A stretch of DNA of 64,000 bases from Antedon mediterranea (Eukaryota > Animalia > Echinodermata), in the NCBI RefSeq assembly GCF_964355755.1, contig NC_092671.1, forward strand, positions 34,978,304-35,042,303, given 5' to 3'. The notes under the pieces are model-generated. The model ran no database searches. It was not told the DNA's origin and saw only the letters and a program-made list of their open reading frames with translations. This document shows, piece by piece, positions 50,811-62,209 of the stretch (position 1 is the first letter of the stretch; every line of letters starts with the position of its first letter). Position numbers and translations under genes: made by a program.

Positions 50811-52103
50811 CCTGGGGCCAAATTAACACTTTGTCAACTTCTATTCTAGGTTTGATATTTTCATTCATTTGTATTTATTAGAAACTGTCCAAAAATAAGG
50901 AATTTATAATTTAAATTGGATACAAAAACAGGAACTGTTTGAGGGATCGAAATTAGAAATAAAAGAACTCCTGAACTGGAAAAAAAGACTTGTAAACGAA
51001 ATATTAACAATAAAAAAACTGCTGATATCATACATCCGTCTGACTTGGCATAAAATTACTTCATAGTGCAATAGTTGAAAATATCATTAAAGTGGATAGA
51101 ATGGTCGTAGTGTAGGGCTACACAATACTAGTACTATGCTATACTGTACAGTAACCAGAGTCTGCTCACATGTAAATAATTCTTGTTTACGCTAATATTA
51201 GTGGCTAACCCAATGTCAACAATCTGCTAATGTCAGTGCACGCCTTATTGTTTGAATAATGGTGCATGTACATATTTGATCAAGTCTCGCTGCAAGATTT
51301 CAAAATTCCCAATGTGTTGATTTAAAAATATAGTAAAAAATATAAAAAGTAGAATAGTTTGCTTTATTATGGTTCAAACCTACATTCACAATTTTATTAG
51401 TATTCAACTATTTCAAAATGTTGACAACATATTTGACCCTCCATAATGTAACACAGACCCCTGCCATATAAAAACCCCAATCAATATTTGTTTTACTGTA
51501 TACCAACCACTCTATTAAAGATATCCCCTTCTCCTCCCCCTCCCTACTTCACGATGGTTATTATTTCAAATGTAGTTTAAAAGTTAAAACCTTCCATTCC
51601 ATTTTGATCCTATGTTTATAGTTTTATACCCATGATTTGTGAATTATGTTTAAACCCGGATTTGATACTTGACATGTGATGGACAAGGAAATTATTGCTA
51701 TTTTAATGTTATGCCATTGATTGGTTTGCTACTGTCTGAATCCAAATAGAGTGATGTAATATACTAAAGCTCAGTCTACCCTATCAAACTAGTTGGACAA
51801 AAAAAGTGTGATGTGCCCAAATATGGTAGTGATATGCCTAAATATGTAGTGATATGACATCATCATGTATGGGCACATCACTTTTTTTTGTCACATAAAC
51901 TTTGATGCCGGTTTTTAAAAAAGGGTTTTGTGGAACAATTTTTAGCGTCAGCACGATCCTGTATTGTAAAACTGTTTCAAAGACGTTTTTAAGAGGATTT
52001 TTTAAATAGAAACAGGGCCTTGGTTAGAGATTAATTCTTTTTATTTCTTCTCTTTTGTAGACCTGTGCCTTCCATGTAATGTTTTAGTCATCGTCCGCAC
52101 ATC

Positions 52104-52251
52104 ATGTCAGAAAAGTACCAAGAAGAACAGTTAAATTCTTTAATTCTGGAGTTATCTAAAGACAGCACCGACCAGTGCCTAACTAGTCTTCTTGATCCAA
52201 GAGGCAATTTCGCTTTTCTTTTACAAAACTGTCTTGTTCATTGGAAAGATG
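52104..52251 (+). CDS. Gene 2 coding exon 1 (putative USP9X/USP24-like deubiquitinase N-terminus; 5'UTR part from 52061)
   Basis: Acceptor tcttttgtag ends at 52060; atcATG at 52104; MSEKYQEEQLNSLILELSKDSTDQCLTSLLDPRGNFAFLLQNCLVHWKD; donor g|gtaagt, phase 1. Confidence 0.8.
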
Positions 52252-55200
52252 GTAAGTTTTTTACATTGCTCTGTCTACACTATCAAACTAATTTGACAAA
52301 GTGTGATGTGCCCAAATATGGTAGTGATATGACATCATAATTTTTTTGTCACATAAAGTTTGATAGTATTGACAGAGCTTAAGATTTATTGTCAGCAACT
52401 TGTTATACTGTAGCAATTCAACTACTGTTAAAATATCCTAAATTATACTGTATATTCTCCGTATCTTATTACTTCCGCAATATCCAATATACTATTAAAA
52501 TGAAACTATATTTTTGTTTGTTTTTAAAAATAAATTTTTGTAATATAGGTTTATGAACAGTACTGTATCCAATATGCTATTAAAGTGAAAATATATTTTT
52601 GTTTGTCTTTAGAGAAACAATTCGGTTTATAATTAAACATTAAAGTGTGAAGGACTTTTTTTGTACAAATTCCATGCTTTAGTGCTTTGTACATTACTGA
52701 CTGGCACAAAACAAGAAAATGGCTTCTAGTTGTCTCCACCAGCATACACTGATATTGATTTTTGCATTAAGCTTGGTTCCCACTAGGACGCAATGCAAGG
52801 ACGTACAATAGACGTAATACAAGCGAGTTGACCAATGACAAGCGACAGGTTGTATAATTCATCGCTTGTGATTCGGCCAAATTCCTTATGTTCCCTTGTT
52901 GTGTCTCTTGTGGGAACCATGCATTATGTACTGTAAAAAACCATGTCAGAATTTTTCTACTGCAGTTAGTGCAGTAACTACATTTTGTTTACTCTAAATA
53001 AACTGTTTAATCCAATTATAATTTGATCCATTCATATTGCAGTGCCTGCATCATAAATGTCTGCATTCAATCAACAAACTAAAATCATATATTTATTGCA
53101 GTAAAAAATGTACTAAAAACTGCAGTACAATAATTTGCCATGGAAACATACCCCTGCATGTTGTAATGATCAAAATTAATTCATTAGTTCCATGAATGTC
53201 AACTCGTCCAAGTTAATGAACTCTAAATGACACTCTGAAGCACTGTGATATTGAATGGGATTTTCAAAGAATCTTTAAACACATTAAAATAGACTTTCGT
53301 TTCCAGCAACTACCCACATTGTGTATTTTACAGTGGTTCCCTCGAGTGTGATAACCTACTGGAGTGTTTAATGAACCCGGAATGTTTTTATGTGATTTTG
53401 AAGTTTAATGCTGATTAGTGACGAAAACATAATGCATAAAGGCGTATTCAACTGGCTTACTGAAAGATCTATAGTAACTGCTCAGATAAAAAAAATCCGC
53501 AGAGCTAACTGTAGAGATCTCCCCAAAACAGACCAGTCATTTTTTGGTCAAAGTGAACTTTAAGTGACATTAAAATGGTCTGCAGTACTGTACAATAAAA
53601 CAAAACAAAACATTTTCTTCAGGGGAGCAATATCTTTAAATATAAAGGTTCCATTGTGTATGGCTTCACAGTAGTCAGTATATTTTTACAAATTTGTGTG
53701 TGAATCAACAATTGGATCTTTGAAATCAATAGGCTGATTTGTGTACAATGGGGATAGCCTTCAACAATACTTGAATATTTTGAGTTTTCAATACACTTTA
53801 TACTGTTGCTATTGTTGTACTAATTGTTCTATTGATTATTCCTCTGGTTTTAAACAGGTTTATTCTTTATATTTATCTTTAAAGAAGATGTTTTTCTTCT
53901 TTATTATTAAGCTTATGCCTCGTACAATAGTTAAAATCGGTTATATTCAGCAACTACTGTACTGACGACAAATTATGGTCCGTACCATTCCCTACTGTAC
54001 CTTTTCTAAATGATATTATAAAAATGTCAATTTTTAAGCACCATTCGGCAACGATCTCATGGCACTGTGGACTTGATTCTACTCATAATTACAGTATCTC
54101 TGTCATCCTGTTGTTTCTCATGGATCAACCCATCTGATCGTACTGTACAACGTTATTATTGAATAATTTATACAGAGGTGCCAAATTTCTATCATCAAAA
54201 TTTATTAATTTTTATGGACTTTATCTTAAATCCGCTTTAAACTATATAAGAATATAAGTACTTGCGTAAACCAATAGCGTTGGATAGTTGACGTCACTTT
54301 TCTGATTTCTTGAAAATATGCATTAATTTCATCTTTCAATAAAAAGCAAATGGGCTTCTTCCTTTGACGTACATTGGAGTAACTCAGTAATATTCATTTA
54401 TGATGAATACCGTAGTAGTGTGGGTGGAAATAATAATCTGAAACATATGATTTTTAAAATGGAAACTAAGAAATAAGACAAGAACTTTATGTAATGAATT
54501 TTGATTATATAACGTTTTCATTGTGTATCTTTAAACTCTGAGTATGTGTATAAAGTACTGGTATCATATCAATTCAATCCATCACGTTTTAGAGACTTTA
54601 ATAAAATAAATGTGTTTTTTTCCTAAACTATGGTCCTACAGTATATCACTCGCATCGTATTCTGTAAGATCTTAATGTTATGTGTATAAAGTATAACTTT
54701 TCATTTACAGTTTTAGAGCCTTTAAATAATAGTATAAAACAAGCAAGTCACATGTAAAGTCACTCATAGACTGGATCTGAATATGTATGTTGTAAAGTAT
54801 CATTTTATTCCATCATAATCATATGGTCTTAGAGCCTTTTAGTAATCACACTTTTTTGATTCATCATGCAGTTTTAGAGCATTTAGTTTACCAACAAAGG
54901 ACCATCCACATGTACAGAAAGTCACTCAAACACAGGATCTGAAATGTATAAACTGTATCATCAGTTTATGCAGTTTGCGAGCCTACAGTATAAAAAAAAA
55001 CTTGTTGAAATACACTACGTGCATAGTAAAACGTATAGATAGAGTAGTCCATCAATAATCAAGTGTGGATACTGTACGTAGTAGCAGTTCTGAATACAAT
55101 TAAATGTCATGTTGTGAAAAGTGGAACAGCAGTGTTGATAAAACTGTTTGCTTAAATTCCTCTTATTTAATTCTTGGTTCTCTGTTGGACTTAACATACC

Positions 55201-55262
55201 ATAGCAATTATTCCTTTGCATGGTTTATGTTTCTAAGACTCCTGTCTGTCAAATACAATACC

Positions 55263-55712
55263 CAAGGTCCTGTTTCTGCTGCATAAAAATAACTGGTTAA
55301 AAACGGTGTGAATTTCTTGGAAGCAGAATCAAAACAATTTTTAGTAACTGGTTAAATGGTAGTGCAAAAATAACGGTTAAAAACACCCGTTATTTAACCG
55401 GTTGTTGCTAGGCAACTTTTGTAGTAACTGGTTAAATGGTAGTGCAAAAATAACGGTTAAAAACACCCGTTATTTAACCGGTTGTTGCTGCAACACAAAA
55501 ACGGTTACTTGTTTGACTGATGATCTTTAGTCAACTATACTGCGTTTGAATTAACCGCCAGGACCAATTGCATTTTTCGATGATTCTGACGATTTTTTGT
55601 CAACGACCACCCACAGATTTAAACTGTAATTTTGTAGAAAAAATTGAGCAGAAATGCAGTCAATATAAAAATTAACGGTTTATTTGGTGCTATGCATCAA
55701 AAACAGACCCCA
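55263..55712. mobile_element. MITE with internal ~80-bp tandem duplication
   Basis: Imperfect TIRs ggtcctgtttctgctgcat and atgcatcaaaaacagacccc; duplicated tagtaactggttaaatggtagtgcaaaaataacggttaaaaacacccgttatttaaccggttgttgct at 55342 and 55422. Confidence 0.65.
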
Positions 55713-57194
55713 AGACACAAAGTTCTGACTTCAATCTAGAGTTCAAATGCGAGTACAAAACTAGGTACAGTAACTAACAACATCTAAATTTGGAAGTTGA
55801 ACAAGTGGTTAATATTATAAAAGCTTGATTGATAATAATTAAAGTAAATTGCTGTCGACGTGTGTGAATTAAACGCACCGTACAAAACATTTCAATGCTT
55901 TACACTACAGTAATTGAAATGTGTGAAAGATTGCTACTGATGGATTGGACATGGCAGTACTGTATTGAACAGGGAGAATATGTAGATAAAGTTGAAGGAT
56001 TAGGTGTTCTATTTAACATGACTGAGGCGGCAAGTTATAAATAGACAAATGAATATTCAAATCAATATTCAATGAACACAAATTCAATACAAAACTTTTA
56101 TTACATTATTCCGTTGCTTTTCTCTTTATTCAAGGGCTAAGTAGGGGGTGGGAGGAGGGTAAGTAGTGCTCCAATTTTAGCTGCGGCTTTAACTGTCAAA
56201 CAGTTATACAGTTGGACGGCACACACTACCGGTTGGTTTTCGATCTGTGATATGTGATTTTAACCAATCAAATGAACAGTACGTGTGAACATGAACTGTG
56301 TCGTGAAGGAACGTACAGTATTTTTATATTGTAGTACAGTAACTGCAGATACTGTATAGCAACAACTTTAATATACAGTAACACAGACATACTAGCCTAC
56401 TTTGCCCATTCTTTACTGAAGAAGATGATACTCTAAACATTAGATTTACTTACTTTATGTAATTGAAGTAGATTGGTTAATTTAAACTGATGCTACTCAA
56501 AAGTATAGGTGTTGAATTATAATCAGATGACCTTTGACATTATGTGTGGGCCGGCTTTACAACTACGTCAAATCATTTTAAATGTTGTGTTCTGACATTT
56601 AACCTGCTCAGAAATAGTATAGAAAACTGAAACCTTTATTGGATATTCTAAGAAATTTACGATAGAAACGGTTTACGATTGTTTTATAAACAAGGTTTTT
56701 ATACATTTATATGTTGTAGCCATGTTTTTATTTTTCTGCTATACTAAACTAAGAATGGTTATTATTTAAATTGTTAGTAGAGTGTCTTTAATTAAAAAAT
56801 AATAAATAGTTGATTACAATATAGGCCTAAAGCATGATTGAAATAATAAACAAATTATAGTTGTAGACGGGTATTGGTTGCAACCCTAAAAGCTGTATAC
56901 AGTAGTAGTGACACATAAATAAAATGTATATCACATATTATTATGGAGGTTGTTTTTAAGGAATACTTGTAATATTTATTAACTGAAACCATAGTATAAG
57001 CTCTATCTATACTATCAAATGTTTGACAAAAAATGTGATGTGCCCATATATGGACATGATGATGTCATATCAACTACCATATTTGGGCCCATCACATTTT
57101 GCTGTCACATAAAGTTTGATAGTGTAAACAGCTTTTATTTTATACCAAGAAAAATGTGAAGCTCTGAAGGAGTTTTCACTAAAGCCTTTGTAAT

Positions 57195-58385
57195 GTTAAA
57201 TAAAGTAAATTAATAGCGGAATTTCTATGGTGCATACTATAGGCAGGCTTGTGCTGTGCATAAATTGAGGTAAAACGGGAAAGGGCAAAATTGTTAGGCT
57301 TGTTGGAAATGGAACTTCTTTATCTGGGTCTTAAAGGAGTTAGTGGTGCACTGTCAACTTTAAATTGGTAAGGAGTTGCATGTTGGAACTGCCACTGCAA
57401 AGGAGCTGCCACAGCAAAAGCTTTCTGGCTATAGGTAGACGTCCCACTGTGTCTTTGGAGTTACAGTATACTGTAAGCTGAAATTGACCACTGGTCCTGA
57501 CCTATAAAAGATTTAGTTGGCACATGGTCAAATTGAAATTTGTAGGGAATTTCACAACGTTATAGCTGCCACAGCAAAGCTCTCCAGCTACTGTAGGTAG
57601 TCTTCGGAGTAATAAGCAGACATTGACTACCTGACCTAGCTGTCAAATTAAAGTTGTATTGGTTCATAATTCTTTGGAGCTGCCATAGCAAAAGCTCTCC
57701 AGCTACTTTAGGTAGATGCACTCTTTGCAGTCATAAGTTAACAGTGACCACCTGACCTAAGAGATCTAGCTGTCGAAAATTGACATTCAGAATTCTATAA
57801 ACTGAGAGAGAGAAGTATAAGGCACTTAAAATGGAACTTAAAGAGAGATTAGATAGTGGAGAAGAAAACCTCGTAATTAGAAACTATAAAATAGTTCAAC
57901 ATAGTTTTCGGACCACTGACAGAGCCGAGTAGAAGAAATTTAAAACTACAGAAAAATTTAAGTTTAAATGTTTCAAGTACCACAAGAATTAGTAACATTA
58001 CGTTCATGTATACTAACTGCGACTCAATTCTAAACAAGAGAGATGAATTTAAGTTAAGAATAAAAGACTCTGATCCAGATATAATTTTGCTAACTGAAAT
58101 ATAACTTTAGAGCTACCACAGCAAAAGCTCTCGAGCTACTGTAGATACTGTAGATGCATGGGTCTTTTTAGTTTACTAAATAGGGTGCGCTGCTCTACAG
58201 CTGGCTCCTAGCAGCCACTAACTAACATCTAGCCAGATGAAGATTTGTTGACAACAATTTAAAATCTATTACTGGTTAAACATAAAGAATTATTATACAG
58301 AAAAGCTCTCCAGCTAGGTAGATGCACTAGTCTTTGGAGTCATATGCTGACATTAATGACCTCCAGCACGTCCTGACCTAAGAGA
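57195..58385 (-). mobile_element. Rearranged L2-like LINE 3' fragment with a ~5-fold reiterated segment
   Basis: Minus strand encodes TYSQKAFAVAAP-like L2 C-terminal motif; gctgccacagcaaaagctctccagcta..ggtag recurs at ~57405, 57565, 57679, 58112 and 58300. Confidence 0.6.
57801..58104 (+). mobile_element. CR1/L2-group LINE internal fragment (ORF1 end and ORF2 APE endonuclease start)
   Basis: ORF1-like TEREKYKALKMELKERLDSGEENLVIRNYKIV...* (stop 57930-57932); overlapping frame gives FMYTNCDSILNKRDEFKLRIKDSDPDIILLTE (APE motifs I-II). Confidence 0.85.
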
Positions 58386-59111
58386 TTACAAAATTTAGTA
58401 AATGCTGTTAAATATACTCAAGCTTCGATACTGATAGCTAGCCAGTACTAAATATTGACTTTATTGTGTGATGCATGGCAAAACAAAACAAATTCACAGC
58501 TACAGTATACCTTCCATTGTTTTTCCTTTCAGTTTCTTTGCCTTTCCTTTTCATCATTTTTTCCCTGATTTGTATAGTTATGCATATTATTTTGTATTCA
58601 GTTCAAACATCGGTCAGTAAAGGTTATAATATAGTAGTGACCCTAAAGCCGGTGGTACAATCGCGCATATATTATGTGATAGAAATGTTTTGGATTGGCC
58701 ATCAGAATTTGACTGATTACCTACCGTTCTAATGTGTGCATAACATGATTGAGCTATAGCAGTTTGTTCACCACTTGAATATCATTTTCATGAGTATGTA
58801 TTTAAGTACTTGTTTATTTTTATTAGCTTAATAAAACCTAGATATTACTGATAATAGTCTGTTTTTGGTTTTGTTCTTGCCATCCTGGTGCAGATACTGT
58901 ACATAAATATAGTGCATTACTGTGAGTAATTGACATGGAAAAATGATTGTGTTACAAATAAAAATTGCTCTGATTGAAGACTGATAGAAAAAAGTAAATG
59001 ACTGGAAATGGAATGGATTGGAGTTTTTTAAACATGGTATTAATCATATTTTCATTTAAATAAAAAACTACAGTACTGTGGAAAAGCGTTCCCAAACACA
59101 CTATCTATTGC

Positions 59112-59338
59112 TACTTTGGTCACATTAAGCGGCAAGATGGAATGGAGAAGAGAGTGTTGGAGGCTTATATTCCAGGAAAGAGAAGAAGAGGAAGACCAAG
59201 ATGCCAATGGGAGAAGATTATAACAGATGTGTTTGCCTCTTAACCAAGCAAGTAGGATGACAGAAGTCAGGAGATGGTTTCAGAATACTGTTAGAGAAGC
59301 CACTCTCTGATCAGAGTTTGCTTTGACGACGACGACGT
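59112..59338 (+). mobile_element. RTE-clade LINE 3' end (second family) with (GAC)n tail
   Basis: YFGHIKRQDGMEKRVLEAYIPGKRRRGRPRCQWEKIITDVF, followed by gacgacgacgacg. Confidence 0.8.
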
Positions 59339-60621
59339 AGAAAACTTTACACTAACATTGTATATATTTATAATTATTAATTTCAATAATAGCAATAAAA
59401 CTTCATCATATTAATTTATTAATAAAGGTTTATAGTCAAATGAGTACTAGTGCAGTGTTATAATATACTCAAGAAGGTCATTAAAAGTGAAGACCAGCAT
59501 TAGAAATTATTATATTGTCTTGAGTTCAGAGATGCTGTCTATATTACTTCATTACATTCAAAAAAGTAATTAATATTATTGACAATTTAGATATTGATAG
59601 TTGAAAATGCCTTTGAGTTATTGTTTTAGTTTTGATATTGAATTTCATTAGGTTTATGTGTCAGAAGTTATATCAACAAAGCAGATAATATCAATGCTGT
59701 TATTAAATTATCCTCTTGAACGTGTTTTTACACTGGTTTAGCAAACAGTATTGTCACTTTGAAATTATTAAATGAAAGATCTGATTAGTCTTAATGGAGG
59801 GCGATAGAAAGCAATAGTAAACAATTCCCTGATTGCATTATGGTTGCTTCTTTGAAAATAACCCTTTTCAAGATACTGATATTTTTTTCAAGTAGCCTGA
59901 TTTGATAAACACTTTAACACCAAAATAGAATTAACATGCTTCTAAAAAACCAATTTATAACTTGGTTTTTAATATTGAAGGAATACTTTAATTTGATTAC
60001 AGTTATCCTCTTTCGTTGTACTGAGACATGGTGGGGTACATTTTTAGGTTTAAATAACAAAATTAACTTGTGGAGTTCTTTGTCTGTCAGTGTGCATGAC
60101 ACTCAGAGTATAAAATCGTCCAGAACATCGGGGTAACCATCCTAGCTACCGTCTCCTAAAGATTTGCTAGGTTTTTTCAGGGAGTTAAAAAAATAAATAT
60201 ATAAAATATTTTACAACTTACTTTACTGTACAACTCCTAGTTCAACCAAGCTATACAGTGTATGTACACTGGACGTGGACCTCCAGTCTTTAATTTACTA
60301 CTGACTAGTAGAAGTTAGAACTATCAATCATGGCCAAGGAGTGGCTTGTACCTTCGCCTGAGTATGGTTGTGGTTTGAGGTGCCATGCCACTTTCTACCA
60401 CTGGACCACTTGACAATTTAATACCAGGTTCAGTTTTAGACTATAAGCTGAGGTGTGTCAGAACCTTTTTCACATTCTATTCTGGGCCACAGTCAATTTT
60501 GACCTGTACCTGATTAAACCTGCATTGACAATTTTTCCTCCAGAGGTTTTAACAGATTGAAGATCTATTTTAATTCAAGGAAAACTTGTTATCAATTTGT
60601 TATTTTTTGTTTGAATTATAG

Positions 60622-60749
60622 GTTGGGAAGGTGCTTGCTTAGATAGCTTTTTAAAATACAGTCTATGTGATGCAATAGGAAGGATCAACAATGAATTGGA
60701 AGACAAGAAAGAAGAGAAAACACTATCAACAGATTTGACAGAAATAGAG
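60622..60749 (+). CDS. Gene 2 coding exon 2
   Basis: ttatag|gt...gag|gtaaga; phase-consistent; GWEGACLDSFLKYSLCDAIGRINNELEDKKEEKTLSTDLTEIE. Confidence 0.8.
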
Positions 60750-61549
60750 GTAAGAACGAAAACGACAAATTTGAGGGAAAAAATAAGCACATCTCAAATG
60801 TCCTTTTACATTGCCTTTGATTGTATTGTGACCATTTGTATTTACCGTAGGCAGATTGAACCCCTCCTAAATTTTGCAAATTATAGTGCAAAGTTAGGAC
60901 TAATTTCAGTCAATTTGACATTTTTAGGCCCTGCAACACTGCACATGGCATTGATATTTCTAATACTGTAGGGCCATTTCTATGTTTGGACGGATCCATT
61001 TTTTCCACACTTAATAAAAGTCACAATCTCTACAACCCCCTTAAAATATTTCATTTTTCCAAGTTGGGATTTTTGAAGATTATTAACTGCTAGAATAATA
61101 AATCAGAAATGTACTGTATCACATTTCACCCTCACTCACAGGTGTGAAAGGAATAGCATCGTAGGTTTAATCATATTAACCTCTTGAATTTGTGTAATTT
61201 TTTAGAAAACATTTTTGGCATACAGACTAGGTGATAAATTTTACACAAAAAAAACCCCCAATAATAATAGTTATAGAGTTACTTGTAAAACATGACGATA
61301 AAAGTGACTTTTAATGTCAAAAGTTATGTACAAAAATTATTTGCTTTGTCTGGTATTGTTTGAAGCCTAAACGTACTGTACTATTATAAGTCTGGAATAA
61401 AAGCAACAATAAGACAAAAAGGTGTCCGAACCAAGACTTTTTAGTAACATGGATTACACTCTCCCATTAGACCATATAACTTTCAATAAAAGCTAAAATA
61501 TGTATTTCATATTGCTGTTTATATTTTTTTTCCAGATGAATCTTTGAAC

Positions 61550-62016
61550 CAGTGGCGTAACATAGGGGGCTAAGGCCTCTGGTTTAGCACTCCTAGGTGG
61601 ACCTTTTGATTGGTAGTTGCATTGTGCCTGCTCATGCTTGGGGGCTCCTTTGGCTCTGAGGCCCCTTAAGCTCTGGGCCCCTTTATGCGCTGAGTTCCTT
61701 AAGCTCTGGGGCCCCTTAAACTCTGGGCCCCTTAAACTCTGGGCCCCTTTAACTCTGGGCCTCTTAAGCTCTTGGTCCCCTTAGCTCTGGTCCCCTTAAG
61801 CTCTAGGCTCCTTAAGCTATGGGCTCCTTAAGCTTTGGGCAAGCTCTTGGGCCTCTTAAGCTCTTGGCCCCCTTAGCTCTGGTCCCCTTAAGCTCTAGGC
61901 TCCTTAAGGTCTAGGCTCCTTAAGCTATGGGCTCCTTAAGCTTTGGGCAAGCTCTTGGGCCCCTTAAGCTCTGGATTTTATCCAGTGAGCGCCTAGCCTC
62001 AGCTGTTAAGCCACTG
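61550..62016. mobile_element. hAT-like MITE containing a ~16-18-bp minisatellite (61655-61975)
   Basis: TIRs cagtggcgtaac and gttaagccactg; 8-bp flanks ctttgaac and ctatcagc only partly match; unit ctctgggccccttaag repeated ~18 times. Confidence 0.7.
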
Positions 62017-62090
62017 CTATCAGCAATAGAGATTGTCTGTACAGTATCTACTGTATATTCTATGAGGTGTTTGTTGTTTTTTTTCTTCAG

Positions 62091-62209
62091 GTGAATCTAT
62101 TAGCTCGTCTTGAACAAGTCATAGAGCTTGCTGTTTGTTGTCTAAGTAAGCAAGATCTAAATCCACACGTATTATCAGCTCTTAACCTGATCCTGGACCC
62201 AAAGACAAG
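62091..62209 (+). CDS. Gene 2 coding exon 3 (gene continues beyond the window)
   Basis: ttttcttcag|...ag|gtaagt; VNLLARLEQVIELAVCCLSKQDLNPHVLSALNLILDPKT. Confidence 0.85.

Noticed and set aside
52252-52340. C-terminal part of ORF 52104..52340
   Set aside because: It lies past the GTAAGT donor and translates a MITE.
54530-54990. Ancient ~120-bp tandem repeat (gttttagagc...aaagtcactca..gatctgaa)
   Set aside because: Probably real but too decayed to define units by eye; the gttttagagc similarity to Cas9 repeats is coincidental.
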